From a virus (lineage: Duplodnaviria; Heunggongvirae; Uroviricota; Caudoviricetes), in IMG/VR virus record IMGVR_UViG_2576861193_000004, positions 1 to 64,000 of that record: 64,000 bases of DNA, one strand, 5' to 3'. The notes beneath the pieces are model-generated. The model saw nothing but the letters and a program-made list of their open reading frames with translations. It did no database searches and was not told the DNA's origin. This document shows positions 1 through 8,390 of the stretch, piece by piece. The translations under genes were made by a program, and so were the position numbers. The stretch's first letter is position 1, and the number at the start of each line of letters is the position of its first letter.

Positions 1-53
1 GCCAGTAATGGGTTAAGTGATAACAGGTGTCTGGAAATATAGGGGCGAATCCA

Positions 54-767
54 ATGAAATTTGTTAAAAAAGCTTTAACGTTTATAGCTGTTATTTTAAT
101 CTTTAAAGCTGTATTTTACTTTTTTTACAAAGTCAATCGGTACGACAATAAGAATCTGTTAACAGAGAGTTCGTCTGTACAGACCTCGCACACAGAAAGA
201 ACCACATCCTCTGCACTGCCTGCACCAGGCTATCATAGGTATGTTATAGGATACGATATAAGTGTTGAGTTGCCTGAAAAATGGTCTTTATTGTCTCATA
301 CTGAAATCAGTGAGATAAAGAATAAATCTGCTACTATCGCGGGTTCTCCAAGCTCCACAACACTTGCAGCAAACGCTAACAAAGATGCCAAATTTAATGA
401 TGGCATTTTTAGAGCAAGCATCACTGATGCTAATTTCACTTCTGACGATTTAAAGTCGGCAAGCCCGGCTGAGTTGGACTCTGTTTGCAAGGAGATAAGC
501 AATAATATGAAGGTGTCCTTGCCGAAGATAGGGGCACGTTTAGCAAATGAAGCAAAATGTTCAATCTCAAAAATATCCGGCAAAGATGCTTTTTTGATTA
601 ATTATCAGCGTATAAATGCAGATAGTAATACTGTGTGGGATGTTTCTATCTATCAGGTTCCCATTAATGGGAAGTCGTTTATATTTACAGCATCGCGCAG
701 TACAGATGCACGTAAGGAAACCATAGAAGAACAAGAGCATATCCTTAACAGTATTAAATGGGATTGA
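54..767 (+). CDS. hypothetical membrane-anchored protein (moron-like)
   Basis: ORF 27..767; ATG at 54 preceded by AGGGG Shine-Dalgarno; the track start at 27 is GTG. N-terminal hydrophobic helix (ALTFIAVILIFKAVFYFFY), Ser/Thr-rich remainder, followed by a hairpin terminator. No recognisable family. Confidence 0.5.
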   Translation: MKFVKKALTFIAVILIFKAVFYFFYKVNRYDNKNLLTESSSVQTSHTERTTSSALPAPGYHRYVIGYDISVELPEKWSLLSHTEISEIKNKSATIAGSPSSTTLAANANKDAKFNDGIFRASITDANFTSDDLKSASPAELDSVCKEISNNMKVSLPKIGARLANEAKCSISKISGKDAFLINYQRINADSNTVWDVSIYQVPINGKSFIFTASRSTDARKETIEEQEHILNSIKWD

Positions 768-773
768 TTCTAA

Positions 774-806
774 GGAAAGCCTACTTAACAAGTGGGCTTT
801 TTTATT
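774..806 (+). terminator. rho-independent terminator candidate after the first gene
   Basis: Imperfect GC-containing stem (agcctac / gtgggct) followed by a T-run (tttttatt) immediately downstream of the stop codon. Confidence 0.45.
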
Positions 807-916
807 CTGGTTCCGCTGACTAATAAATTTATCAGCAGTAATGATGCGACTTCATTCTTCCTGAATATGCAGATCATTTTCGATCTTCCACAGATCTATG
901 AATCGCCACGGATAAT

Positions 917-1111
917 TTAGACACTTCCGAGCCGTTGATAATACTGGTTTTCATATTCTGTCGGTGACATCTGATCGCTGGAACCATGCCGACGCTTACT
1001 GTTATAAAACATTTCGATGTAATCAAAAATATCGCTGCGGGCTTCTTCCCGCGTTCCGTAGATCTTTTTCTTTATCCGTTCGCGTTTCAACCAGCAAACA
1101 GTAGATGAAAA
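917..1111 (-). mobile_element. IS3-family transposase (OrfB) C-terminal remnant
   Basis: Minus-strand translation gives ...GTREEARSDIFDYIEMFYNSKRRHGSSDQMSPTEYENQYYQRLGSV*, matching the conserved C-terminal pattern of IS3-family DDE transposases (iFdYIE-FYN-RRHs-SP-E); the frame is closed just upstream, so only about 65 codons remain. Confidence 0.5.
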
Positions 1112-1210
1112 CTACAGATATACCTGTAGCCACTGCCATCAGATAGAGTTTGATCATGTGTTTTCCTATGTGGCTATTGTGTGTAGATGATAAGTAGGTG
1201 CTTATATATT

Positions 1211-1245
1211 TTCAAGGTATAAAGGCGTCCATTCGGACGCCTGAA
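1211..1245 (-). terminator. terminator candidate downstream of the recombinase gene
   Basis: Hairpin aggcgtcc-attc-ggacgcct (1223..1242) just after the minus-strand stop at 1248; only a moderately U-rich tail on the minus strand. Confidence 0.4.
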
Positions 1246-1247
1246 AA

Positions 1248-3587
1248 TTAATCTTCTAATTCATCTGTCGGTGATGTCTTCTCGCGCCTGTCATCTATTG
1301 CCTGTAACGCAGCAATGATTTCAGCTAATGGCTTCTCCCGGTACATCTCGACGATCTGTGATTTGGTGTATTTCTTCTCGCCAATTTCCACACGCCCGCT
1401 GGCGCTCTTGGGCAGGTATCCTTCCTCCAGCATGTATTCGACCAGAGACTCGACGACGTCCAGCCCGCGAGTCGGGTCGAAGTAGAATTTCCATGAGCAT
1501 TTGCCAAACGGAGGCGCGACTTTGTTTTTAATGCACTCGGCGCCAACGTCCTGTCCGATCTTCTCTTTGCCATCCTTCATGACGGATGCACCCAGACGGA
1601 TGCGCACCGACGCGTAGAACTTCGGAGAGTCGCCACCCGGAGACGTAGTCGGATCGCCAAACATCACACCAATTTTGGTACGCACCTGGTTCAAGAAGAT
1701 GATGCACGCGTTGTACTTACGCGCCCAAAGCGCCAGAGTAGGGAAGTTCGCACTTGTCGCGCGCGCCAGCGCCGTGTTGTCGTTCATGTTCAGCTGATCT
1801 TTGTCCTTCGCAGTGCCTTCTGCCATCTTGTCGAACTTCTCAGCCTTCGAGTTCGGAACCATCGACGCCAGAGAGTCGGCTACGATGCAGATAGGGGCTG
1901 TTTCCGGAATAAGCTCTTCGTCGCGCACCAGCTTGAGGATTGTGCCGATCAGCTCTACGGAGTCTTCGAAGGTATCCGGCTGTTTGTAGACCCACTGACC
2001 GTCGTCTTCGTCGGCGTTCAGTCCGTTCGCTACCGCCAGACCAACGTCGAAACTGTTTTCGTGGTCAAGGAATACGGCCAGACCATCCTGTTTTTGTGCT
2101 GACACCATCGCAGCCGTCGCGAGGAATGTGTTGTGGCTGATAATCCCGTTAGACCAGAAAGAGTGTGTTTCCGGCATCGCTACGTCGAACGTTGGTGCTT
2201 CACCTTCCTCAATAGCCACGACTTCGTCGTAGAACAAGTTAGAGTCAATTACCGCTGCCAGTTGTGCAAACAGATGCTCGTTAAAACGATTCTTTCTGCC
2301 AATGAAGGAGACATAGATTTCTCGCAGTTTGTCTATTCCGACACGATCGCCGCGGCCAATAACGTGATCTACCAGAACGTAGTCTTTACGAGAGGTCTTG
2401 GTGAGTGACTCGTAGAGTGATTTCACTAAGCCGCTGATGTGCGGAACGTAGCCTAAATAAGTGCGGTCAAAACTAATGTCCCGTTTGGTTGCCACTGCTA
2501 AACGAGCCGGAGACTCGAACCCAATCGTTGACAGGAAAAGGTCGTAGTTAGAGCCACTGAATGACAGCCGGTAATATATGTTTTTATAACCTGCGACGTG
2601 TTTTTCAGAGATAGTTGACGTAATCCCCAGATTCAGGAGCATGAGGCGAATTTGCTGTAGCAGCAGCCCACTCGCGCTCACAACCTCAATGCAGCGACCA
2701 TCATTGACGTGGCATTCCAGCTCAAAGTAGCCGCGAAGGAATGCAATTTGAGCCTCGCTATTGGCGCGACGCACACTCAACGGAACCTGCTTGCCAGCAG
2801 CTTTCTCATACTCCAGACCATATTCTTTAAAAAGCAGCGAACGCACCTCTTTGCTAAACAGCACATGGTCTTCCGAGCCGTTATGTTTTCTCGTAACTGG
2901 CATCTTGTCTGATACCAGCGAAATGAGGCGGTAGTACTCATCCTTGATGAATGGATCTGTGTTAGAAACATGCACAGAATTTTCAGAGGCCACGTATCCG
3001 TCAGCAATTAAATAGCCCATCAGTTTTGCGATATTGGCATCCAAGTGCTGATCGCCGAATTGATGTGTGCCAACCATTGAAGGAATCGTGTCGCCTACAC
3101 TGATTTTTTCAGCATGTCGCCAGACGACATTACCTAAGTCGTCAACCACACGGATTGGGTGACGGAACGTAGCCTCGATATAACCGCCTGATGCCAGCTT
3201 AATACGCTTGAATTTGCGACGGTTGTTCCATGTCAGGTGTGAGGTCTTCTCTATCACGCCATTTTCATTGATGAGTCCAACGTTATGCTCTACATCGCGA
3301 GTAGTGCATGTCGCTTTGTACCCTTCAATCTCAAACAACTCTTTCACTGTTACCATTCCACGCTCCGTCAGCAGCATGGTGTCTGCGGTAACACATTTCC
3401 CCGCGCTTGGTGGCCCGAATACTTCTACGATACGACCACATGGGAAACCGCCATCGTAACGACCGGAAATAGCTTTGTTTAACGGAGGAAAGCCTGTGTC
3501 AATCCAATGAGTTACTTTCTGAATTTCGTCGTTGCTACCGATTTTCTTTTTCAGAGCAAGTGCCAGTGCGGATTTTCCTTTTGCCAT
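1248..3587 (-). CDS. RecA/UvsX-like recombinase interrupted by an intein
   Basis: N-extein ...GRIVEVFGPPSAGK then C-extein TFLATAAMVSAQKQDGLAVFLDHENSFD... reconstitutes a RecA P-loop and core (compare E. coli RecA [20 protein letters not shown]...). Spliced length about 357 aa. Confidence 0.9.
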   Translation of the reverse strand: MAKGKSALALALKKKIGSNDEIQKVTHWIDTGFPPLNKAISGRYDGGFPCGRIVEVFGPPSAGKCVTADTMLLTERGMVTVKELFEIEGYKATCTTRDVEHNVGLINENGVIEKTSHLTWNNRRKFKRIKLASGGYIEATFRHPIRVVDDLGNVVWRHAEKISVGDTIPSMVGTHQFGDQHLDANIAKLMGYLIADGYVASENSVHVSNTDPFIKDEYYRLISLVSDKMPVTRKHNGSEDHVLFSKEVRSLLFKEYGLEYEKAAGKQVPLSVRRANSEAQIAFLRGYFELECHVNDGRCIEVVSASGLLLQQIRLMLLNLGITSTISEKHVAGYKNIYYRLSFSGSNYDLFLSTIGFESPARLAVATKRDISFDRTYLGYVPHISGLVKSLYESLTKTSRKDYVLVDHVIGRGDRVGIDKLREIYVSFIGRKNRFNEHLFAQLAAVIDSNLFYDEVVAIEEGEAPTFDVAMPETHSFWSNGIISHNTFLATAAMVSAQKQDGLAVFLDHENSFDVGLAVANGLNADEDDGQWVYKQPDTFEDSVELIGTILKLVRDEELIPETAPICIVADSLASMVPNSKAEKFDKMAEGTAKDKDQLNMNDNTALARATSANFPTLALWARKYNACIIFLNQVRTKIGVMFGDPTTSPGGDSPKFYASVRIRLGASVMKDGKEKIGQDVGAECIKNKVAPPFGKCSWKFYFDPTRGLDVVESLVEYMLEEGYLPKSASGRVEIGEKKYTKSQIVEMYREKPLAEIIAALQAIDDRREKTSPTDELED
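2130..3395 (-). mobile_element. intein (about 422 aa) with LAGLIDADG homing-endonuclease domain inserted in the recombinase P-loop
   Basis: Begins with Cys right after GPPSAGK, ends with HN followed by Thr (+1); internal LMGYLIADGYV motif; boundaries computed from residue positions 65 and 486. Confidence 0.8.
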
Positions 3588-3589
3588 GA

Positions 3590-3862
3590 TCAGGCTCCTT
3601 TTGTTTCGTTGATTCGTTTTAAAGCGGCGGATTCGTCGAATACAATCGCATCGTGATTAAGGAGTCTGGATACACGAGCGAGGATTTTTACGACCTGCTC
3701 GCTGACTAATCCAAACTCGCGATCTGTCGCTTTCATTCCGGCAGCGCCTAGAATTGACGGCAGTGCGATGACAGCGTACTCACCGTGATAAAAGACAATC
3801 TCTTTTGCCAGTTGGGTGGGGGTGGTTGTAGCGCCATTAATAATCGATTTAAGCATTAGCAA
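3590..3862 (-). CDS. hypothetical protein
   Basis: 90-aa ORF between the flap endonuclease and recombinase genes on the same strand; no recognisable motif. Confidence 0.4.
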   Translation of the reverse strand: MLMLKSIINGATTTPTQLAKEIVFYHGEYAVIALPSILGAAGMKATDREFGLVSEQVVKILARVSRLLNHDAIVFDESAALKRINETKGA

Positions 3863-4800
3863 TACCTTTCGAATGGAAGAACAAACACTTCAAGGTCTTC
3901 AAGGAACGAACGGAAATTCAGCTCGTAGCACAGTTGCTCGAATGCTTTCACGTCACGATTGCCTTTGATTGTTTCGATTTCGGTAGGCGGAAACTTCGTC
4001 TCAATCAGGTTCATTAGCGTGATGTTTCTCTTGAACGCTTCGAGCATTCGACAGCCTGTTTTCTCGTTGAAGGCATTCTTCGCTAGTTTGTTGAAGGCGG
4101 TCTTATGGCGTCCTTTGTCAACCACGATTGAGCCGTCGTTGATGCCGCGTACCATCGTTGCGACACTTCCCCATTCATGCAGCAGCTCTTTCGCACCGCC
4201 AGCACCAATGCCACCAACACCGCTAATGTTGTCCGATTTATCGCCTTGTAATGCTTTTGCTTCCAAAAATGCGCGAGGAGTAGCGAATCCTGTCAGCTCC
4301 GCAAATTGCTCAAAATTAACCTGCTTGTTTTTGGCGTCTTCGCGCAGGCTTACCCAGCTTACGTTTTCGCGAACTAACTGAAGCCAGTCGCTATCGCCTG
4401 TTAACAGATAGATGTGTTCAACGGTTGGCTGCGGTGCCATGCGGGATACCAGCAGCCCGGCCAGATCATCCGCTTCTGCATCTTTTGCAATGAGTTGGGT
4501 AACTCCAAGCGCGGTCATCATTTTGAGGATGTATGGCTTCTGGATAGCAAAGCCTTCCTTCATCTTTTTCATATCAGGATCGTCGTCGCGATTTGCCTTG
4601 TAGTCCGGGTAAAAGTCGCGACGCTTGTCACTAAATCCATCCCAAAGAATCATAGGTCGGGCATGGAGGATGGAGGCATAACGACGGACGTTCTTAACAA
4701 AGCCGAAAGCAGCCTGTACTTCCATTTCGCCGTTGTGCAATTTGTCAGATTGTTGGTGGTAATAACCCAGGCTATTGCCATCTACGAAGAGATAATTCAC
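3856..4800 (-). CDS. 5'-3' exonuclease / flap endonuclease (FEN, T5 D15 / RNase H-like)
   Basis: VDGNSLGYY N-terminal motif, GDSDWLQL, and H3TH motif GVGGIGAGGAKELL. Start moved to GTG at 4800 (GGAAGG Shine-Dalgarno 9 nt upstream) because the track start at 4851 overlaps the upstream terminator hairpin. Confidence 0.85.
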   Translation of the reverse strand: MNYLFVDGNSLGYYHQQSDKLHNGEMEVQAAFGFVKNVRRYASILHARPMILWDGFSDKRRDFYPDYKANRDDDPDMKKMKEGFAIQKPYILKMMTALGVTQLIAKDAEADDLAGLLVSRMAPQPTVEHIYLLTGDSDWLQLVRENVSWVSLREDAKNKQVNFEQFAELTGFATPRAFLEAKALQGDKSDNISGVGGIGAGGAKELLHEWGSVATMVRGINDGSIVVDKGRHKTAFNKLAKNAFNEKTGCRMLEAFKRNITLMNLIETKFPPTEIETIKGNRDVKAFEQLCYELNFRSFLEDLEVFVLPFERYC

Positions 4801-4815
4801 CGGTACATTCCTTCC

Positions 4816-4850
4816 AAAAAGTAAGGCGTCCGTAGACGCCTTACTGGTCA
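4816..4850 (-). terminator. rho-independent terminator after the SSB gene
   Basis: Perfect 10-bp stem gtaaggcgtc / gacgccttac with a 4-nt loop, followed on the minus strand by TTTTT. Confidence 0.7.
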
Positions 4851-4860
4851 CGTAATGGGA

Positions 4861-5889
4861 TTACAGAGAGTCCAGCTCTCTCAGTAGGTCATCCAGACCT
4901 TCATCTTCCGTCGCAGATGCGGTTGCTACAGATGTCGCTGCGACTGCTTCAGACTCTTTGACTGATACGGCAACGGCAGCGGAACTTGCCTCTGGTTTAA
5001 ATTCAGTTTCAACGGCACGGAGGATTTCTTCATCAACCAGACTGGTTGGTTCAGAAGCCGGTGTGTGCGCGGTTGCTACAGCCGTCGCTCCTTCTGTATG
5101 ACCAGTGACAGAGCCAAATCCAGGTAGTGCCGCAGCCGATGTTTTCGCGGTTGAGGAAATTGCTGGTGCAGATGCTGCGGCAGTTGGTGCAGCGATGCCA
5201 ATCAGACGACCCATAGTGCGAACTGTCGACAGAAGACGAGTTTCATCAGCCTGATTTGCGTATGCGATCAGATCATGCTGGGTGTTCCAGAATTTATCTT
5301 CGATATCGCCTTTGTAGACTTTACGCTTAGGCGAGACGTCATATTTGGTATCGCGACCAGAGCCAGTACGTTTAATCAGGAATGCGTAGCCTTCCTCTTT
5401 GCTCAGTGGATTGCCGATATCATCAGCGATGTCTTCGGTGATTGCTTTGCAGATATCATCGAATACAGTAGACGGCAGCTCGATTAACTGGCATTTCTCA
5501 GCATCTGCGAAATCCTCACGAGCAGAAAGAATGCCGTTGACCAGGTAGCGAGGAGTGGCACGCATTTGACCGATGCGTTCTTCCATTGCTTTGTTACCCT
5601 TGTGACGAGCGCGACCTTCCATCACCATTTCGCATAGCTGACAAGCGCGACCATGAGTATGTTGCTCACAAATATAAGCGATGGTTGCTTCTTTACCTTC
5701 CTCGTTCTGATACTTAACGTAGTGCATACCGAAAGTCTGGAAGAACTTACCGTTTGGGTCGTCCTTATTCGGGAAGATACGGATATAGTTGACGCCATCT
5801 TTTAAGCGAGTCAGATCAACGTTGTTACCACGTTTGGCGGCAATGTCTTCACGAGTTTTGTTAAGCAAATCAAGTAATGTCTTAGACAT
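4861..5889 (-). CDS. single-stranded DNA-binding protein, T4 gp32-like (putative)
   Basis: YIRIFPNK resembles the gp32 IRFLPSK region; Cys/His cluster CEQHTHGRACQLC (possible zinc site); Ala/Ser-rich linker and acidic C-terminus DEGLDDLLRELDSL typical of SSB tails. By-eye similarity only. Confidence 0.5.
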   Translation of the reverse strand: MSKTLLDLLNKTREDIAAKRGNNVDLTRLKDGVNYIRIFPNKDDPNGKFFQTFGMHYVKYQNEEGKEATIAYICEQHTHGRACQLCEMVMEGRARHKGNKAMEERIGQMRATPRYLVNGILSAREDFADAEKCQLIELPSTVFDDICKAITEDIADDIGNPLSKEEGYAFLIKRTGSGRDTKYDVSPKRKVYKGDIEDKFWNTQHDLIAYANQADETRLLSTVRTMGRLIGIAAPTAAASAPAISSTAKTSAAALPGFGSVTGHTEGATAVATAHTPASEPTSLVDEEILRAVETEFKPEASSAAVAVSVKESEAVAATSVATASATEDEGLDDLLRELDSL

Positions 5890-6006
5890 GTGTTTCTCCT
5901 TGTTGTGATTTGGCCGATGGCGCTATGCGCGTTGGGCTTTCGTTCATTCGTGGCTCTTTCGAGCTGTTAAATGATAGATCAGCACTTACTTATTATCTAT
6001 CAAAAA

Positions 6007-6438
6007 TCAACGGGGAGTAATAAAGCGTTCAGAGCCTAATCGCTCTAATTCAACGATGGCCATCTTTGACGCCTGAACGATCATGTCTCGGCGATGCGAA
6101 AAGGCGGCGACAGCATGTTTGTATATGTCTGCGATGTGCCGTGCTTCATCCAACTTCTGCCGTTTAGACAGATACTGTGGGTTTGTTTTAACCTTAGCGT
6201 CCAGTACAGACTCGTTGAACTTAATGCCGTTCATACTCAAGTTCTTACGCTCTGTGTCGTATAGCTTTGCTTCAACAGCTTCAAGGTTAAGTTTTGCCTC
6301 TGCGACATCTCGATCTGCCTGCGCTAGTTTTGACCCATACTCCATTAAAAGCCGTGGCTGTTTACGCCATACTTCCTCAAGGTTGTCGCGGTCGAACTCC
6401 AGATCGGCCATGATTTTAGAAAAAATATCAGTGTTCAC
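6007..6438 (-). CDS. hypothetical protein, possible UvsY-like recombination mediator
   Basis: 143 aa, predicted helical; position next to the recombinase, FEN and SSB genes and weak pattern resemblance to T4 UvsY (137 aa). Not verified. Confidence 0.35.
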   Translation of the reverse strand: MNTDIFSKIMADLEFDRDNLEEVWRKQPRLLMEYGSKLAQADRDVAEAKLNLEAVEAKLYDTERKNLSMNGIKFNESVLDAKVKTNPQYLSKRQKLDEARHIADIYKHAVAAFSHRRDMIVQASKMAIVELERLGSERFITPR

Positions 6439-6645
6439 TCTAATAGGTTCCTACTTATAAAATCTGTATCAATTATATCAAACAGAGAACGGGTTTATGG
6501 CGTCATGTCAACTTTGTTCAGGGGAAGATATTGAGATCACCGAAGATAATTAGTTGTCTTATTTTGGTAAGCTGTGCTGACCATCTTTAGGTCACATACA
6601 TGAGATGGATGGGGTGTGGCATGAACGGATGAAATTCAGTCGCCG

Positions 6646-6674
6646 TTGACAGATGTCAACACTGTGAATAGAAT
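6646..6674 (+). promoter_or_regulatory. sigma70-type promoter with a palindromic overlap (TTGACAgaTGTCAA)
   Basis: TTGACA (6646..6651), 17-nt spacer, TAGAAT (6669..6674), then GGAGG Shine-Dalgarno and ATG at 6692; the -35 lies within a perfect 6-bp inverted repeat that could be an operator. Confidence 0.5.
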
Positions 6675-6691
6675 ACCATTATCGGAGGCGA

Positions 6692-6916
6692 ATGAAGCAA
6701 CATCCGAATAAGCATATTCAAGCAGCCATTGACTATGCATTAAGTAAAGGCTGGATCTGGGTAGCTGCTGGTGGTGCTGCACATTGTTTTTGCAGACTGC
6801 GATGCGGTAATCCAGAAGGTGAACACAAAACTCACCAAATGAGCGTATGGTCGACTCCGGGTAATCCCGAAAACCATGCCAAACAGATCAAACGAATGGT
6901 TGATCGTTGTAAATGA
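6692..6916 (+). CDS. small moron protein, weakly HicA-like (YcfA family?)
   Basis: 74 aa with KGW...GGAAH...P...IKRMV pattern loosely resembling HicA toxins; has its own promoter and terminator. Family assignment is tentative. Confidence 0.3.
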   Translation: MKQHPNKHIQAAIDYALSKGWIWVAAGGAAHCFCRLRCGNPEGEHKTHQMSVWSTPGNPENHAKQIKRMVDRCK

Positions 6917-6920
6917 TTTC

Positions 6921-6945
6921 AAGGCGGCATTAGCCGCCTTTTGCA
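6921..6945 (+). terminator. rho-independent terminator
   Basis: Hairpin aaggcggc-atta-gccgcctt followed by TTTG, 5 nt after the stop of the 74-aa gene. Confidence 0.55.
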
Positions 6946-6976
6946 GAAACTGTCCAACTATCTTCAAAGGAAAACT

Positions 6977-7540
6977 ATGGCGCTTTATAACTTCACTCTG
7001 ACGCTCTCAGGCGTATCGTATGAGACGGAAGGACTGGAAGACGCGCTGTACCAAAACGGCTGTGACGATGCGCTAATTTGCGCATATGGAAACTCCGTCT
7101 ATGTAGAATTTGACCGCGAAGCACAATCACTTGATGCAGCTATCGCATCTGCGGTCGACAATATTGAATCAGCCGGTATCGGTGCAATTGTTGAATCCGT
7201 CGACTCGGCTCTTGTGGGCTTAAGCGATATCGCGGAACTGACAGACCTGTCTCGCCAGGCAGTGGCGTTGCTCAAAGACGGTAAGCGCGGAAGCGGCGAC
7301 TTCCCTTGCCCTGTACAACGCATAAAAGGCCAGTCTCCTCTCTGGGATTGGGCTGATGTGGCTGAATGGCTCATGAATAACGGACGACTTAAAGAGGGCG
7401 ATCAAATTGTCCAAAATGCCCGAACTTTGAGTAAATGGAATCTGGCGCTTCGAAACAGCGTCTCGAAAGATTTCAACGAAATAGAGCAAATTGCGGAGAA
7501 ACTGATTAAACGCCGCAAAGATATTGCGAAATGCGCATAA
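6977..7540 (+). CDS. putative DNA-binding protein with central helix-turn-helix
   Basis: ATG at 6977 with AAGGA Shine-Dalgarno (track start 6941 is TTG); segment GLSDIAELTDLSRQAVALLKDGKRG looks like an HTH; N-terminal domain of unknown fold. Confidence 0.4.
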   Translation: MALYNFTLTLSGVSYETEGLEDALYQNGCDDALICAYGNSVYVEFDREAQSLDAAIASAVDNIESAGIGAIVESVDSALVGLSDIAELTDLSRQAVALLKDGKRGSGDFPCPVQRIKGQSPLWDWADVAEWLMNNGRLKEGDQIVQNARTLSKWNLALRNSVSKDFNEIEQIAEKLIKRRKDIAKCA

Positions 7541-7656
7541 TGATGCCCGCCAATTGGCGGGCATCTGTTCTCTGTAAAGGTGTCTGGCATCGTCTGGTTC
7601 GTTAACGTTTACTAAACCAATGGTGACAAAAATTAGTTATCTTTGAAAAATAAAGG

Positions 7657-7685
7657 TTGCATGAAAAGAAGGGGTATGCGTTAAT
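7657..7685 (+). promoter_or_regulatory. cspA-type promoter
   Basis: TTGCAT -35 and GTTAAT -10 separated by 17 nt, AT-rich upstream element; closely resembles the E. coli cspA promoter (TTGCAT / CTTAAT). Confidence 0.5.
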
Positions 7686-7691
7686 AGCATC

Positions 7692-7869
7692 GTTGGTTTG
7701 CAAGACAGACCTTATGTAAGCAGTTTTAGTAAAGCAGTCTCAGTTCAGTGTTATCTTCTGATTTCCCTTCTTCGTGAGTCTCCTCCTTAAGTGCCTAAGT
7801 AAGTCCCAATCTATACAGATCAAATTCTCGCCGCACTATGTGGCTCACAAAATTAAGAAGGTAATATCT
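7692..7869 (+). promoter_or_regulatory. long cspA-like 5' untranslated leader (candidate RNA thermosensor / cold box)
   Basis: About 178-nt leader with segments resembling the E. coli cspA leader (CAGACC, AAAGCAG, GTAGTAA, AAGGTAATA before the ATG). Compared from memory. Confidence 0.45.
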
Positions 7870-8085
7870 ATGTCTAATAAAATGACTGGTTTAGTAAAAT
7901 GGTTTAACTCTGATAAAGGCTTTGGCTTTATTTCTCCTGCTGATGGCAGTAAAGATGTTTTTGTACATTTTTCGGCAATTCAGAGTAATAATTTCCGCAC
8001 TTTGGAAGAAGGCCAGCAGGTCGAATTCTCTATCGAGAATGGGGCTAAAGGCCCAGCAGCAGCAAATGTCGTTGCTCTAAGCTGA
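7870..8085 (+). CDS. csp: cold-shock protein, CspA family
   Basis: 70 aa [38 protein letters not shown]... with RNP1/RNP2 motifs, near-identical in pattern to E. coli CspA/CspB/CspG; AAGAAGG Shine-Dalgarno 7 nt upstream. Confidence 0.95.
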   Translation: MSNKMTGLVKWFNSDKGFGFISPADGSKDVFVHFSAIQSNNFRTLEEGQQVEFSIENGAKGPAAANVVALS

Positions 8086-8173
8086 TTCAACGCTGATGAT
8101 CCTCATTTCTACAATAACGAAGACGGTGTAAGCCTGAGTGGATAGATTTGTAGGATTGTACAAGTTGAATAAA

Positions 8174-8203
8174 TTAGCATGGTAAGGCCATGCTAATTAA
8201 ATC
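8174..8203 (+). terminator. hairpin terminator candidate after csp
   Basis: Stem ttagcatgg / ccatgctaa with taag loop, followed by TTAAAT. Confidence 0.4.
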
Positions 8204-8357
8204 GACACAACGGCCAGTTTATTCCATAAAAGTGAATTGCCCATTGTGGCGAAATGCGGGGTTGCCGCATGAATAGTCAAAGGCAGAAGCTAACTGCCGG
8301 CATGGCAAAACAAAGTGCGTAAGAGGAGTGACTTCCTCAACAAGCGCCATAATTCTT

Positions 8358-8390
8358 TATAAACCCGCCAACAGGCGGGTTTTCTTTATT
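8358..8390. terminator. bidirectional rho-independent terminator between csp and the polymerase gene
   Basis: Hairpin cccgcc-aaca-ggcggg flanked by an A-run upstream and ttttctttatt downstream; serves the plus-strand csp unit and the minus-strand polymerase gene ending at 8389. Confidence 0.6.

Noticed and set aside
4801-4851. Track start of the flap endonuclease at 4851
   Set aside because: It is a GTG inside the terminator hairpin of the upstream gene; the GTG at 4800 with a GGAAGG Shine-Dalgarno precedes the conserved VDG motif at the usual distance.
6692-7540. HicA/HicB-type toxin-antitoxin operon formed by the 74-aa and 199-aa genes
   Set aside because: A hairpin terminator separates the two genes and the larger gene has its own Shine-Dalgarno and start, so co-transcription as a toxin-antitoxin pair is unlikely; both family assignments are also weak.
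7774-7869. N-terminal extension of the cold-shock ORF (track start 7774)
   Set aside because: The extension lies in the conserved cspA-like leader and has no Shine-Dalgarno; the ATG at 7870 has an AAGAAGG site and gives the canonical 70-aa Csp.
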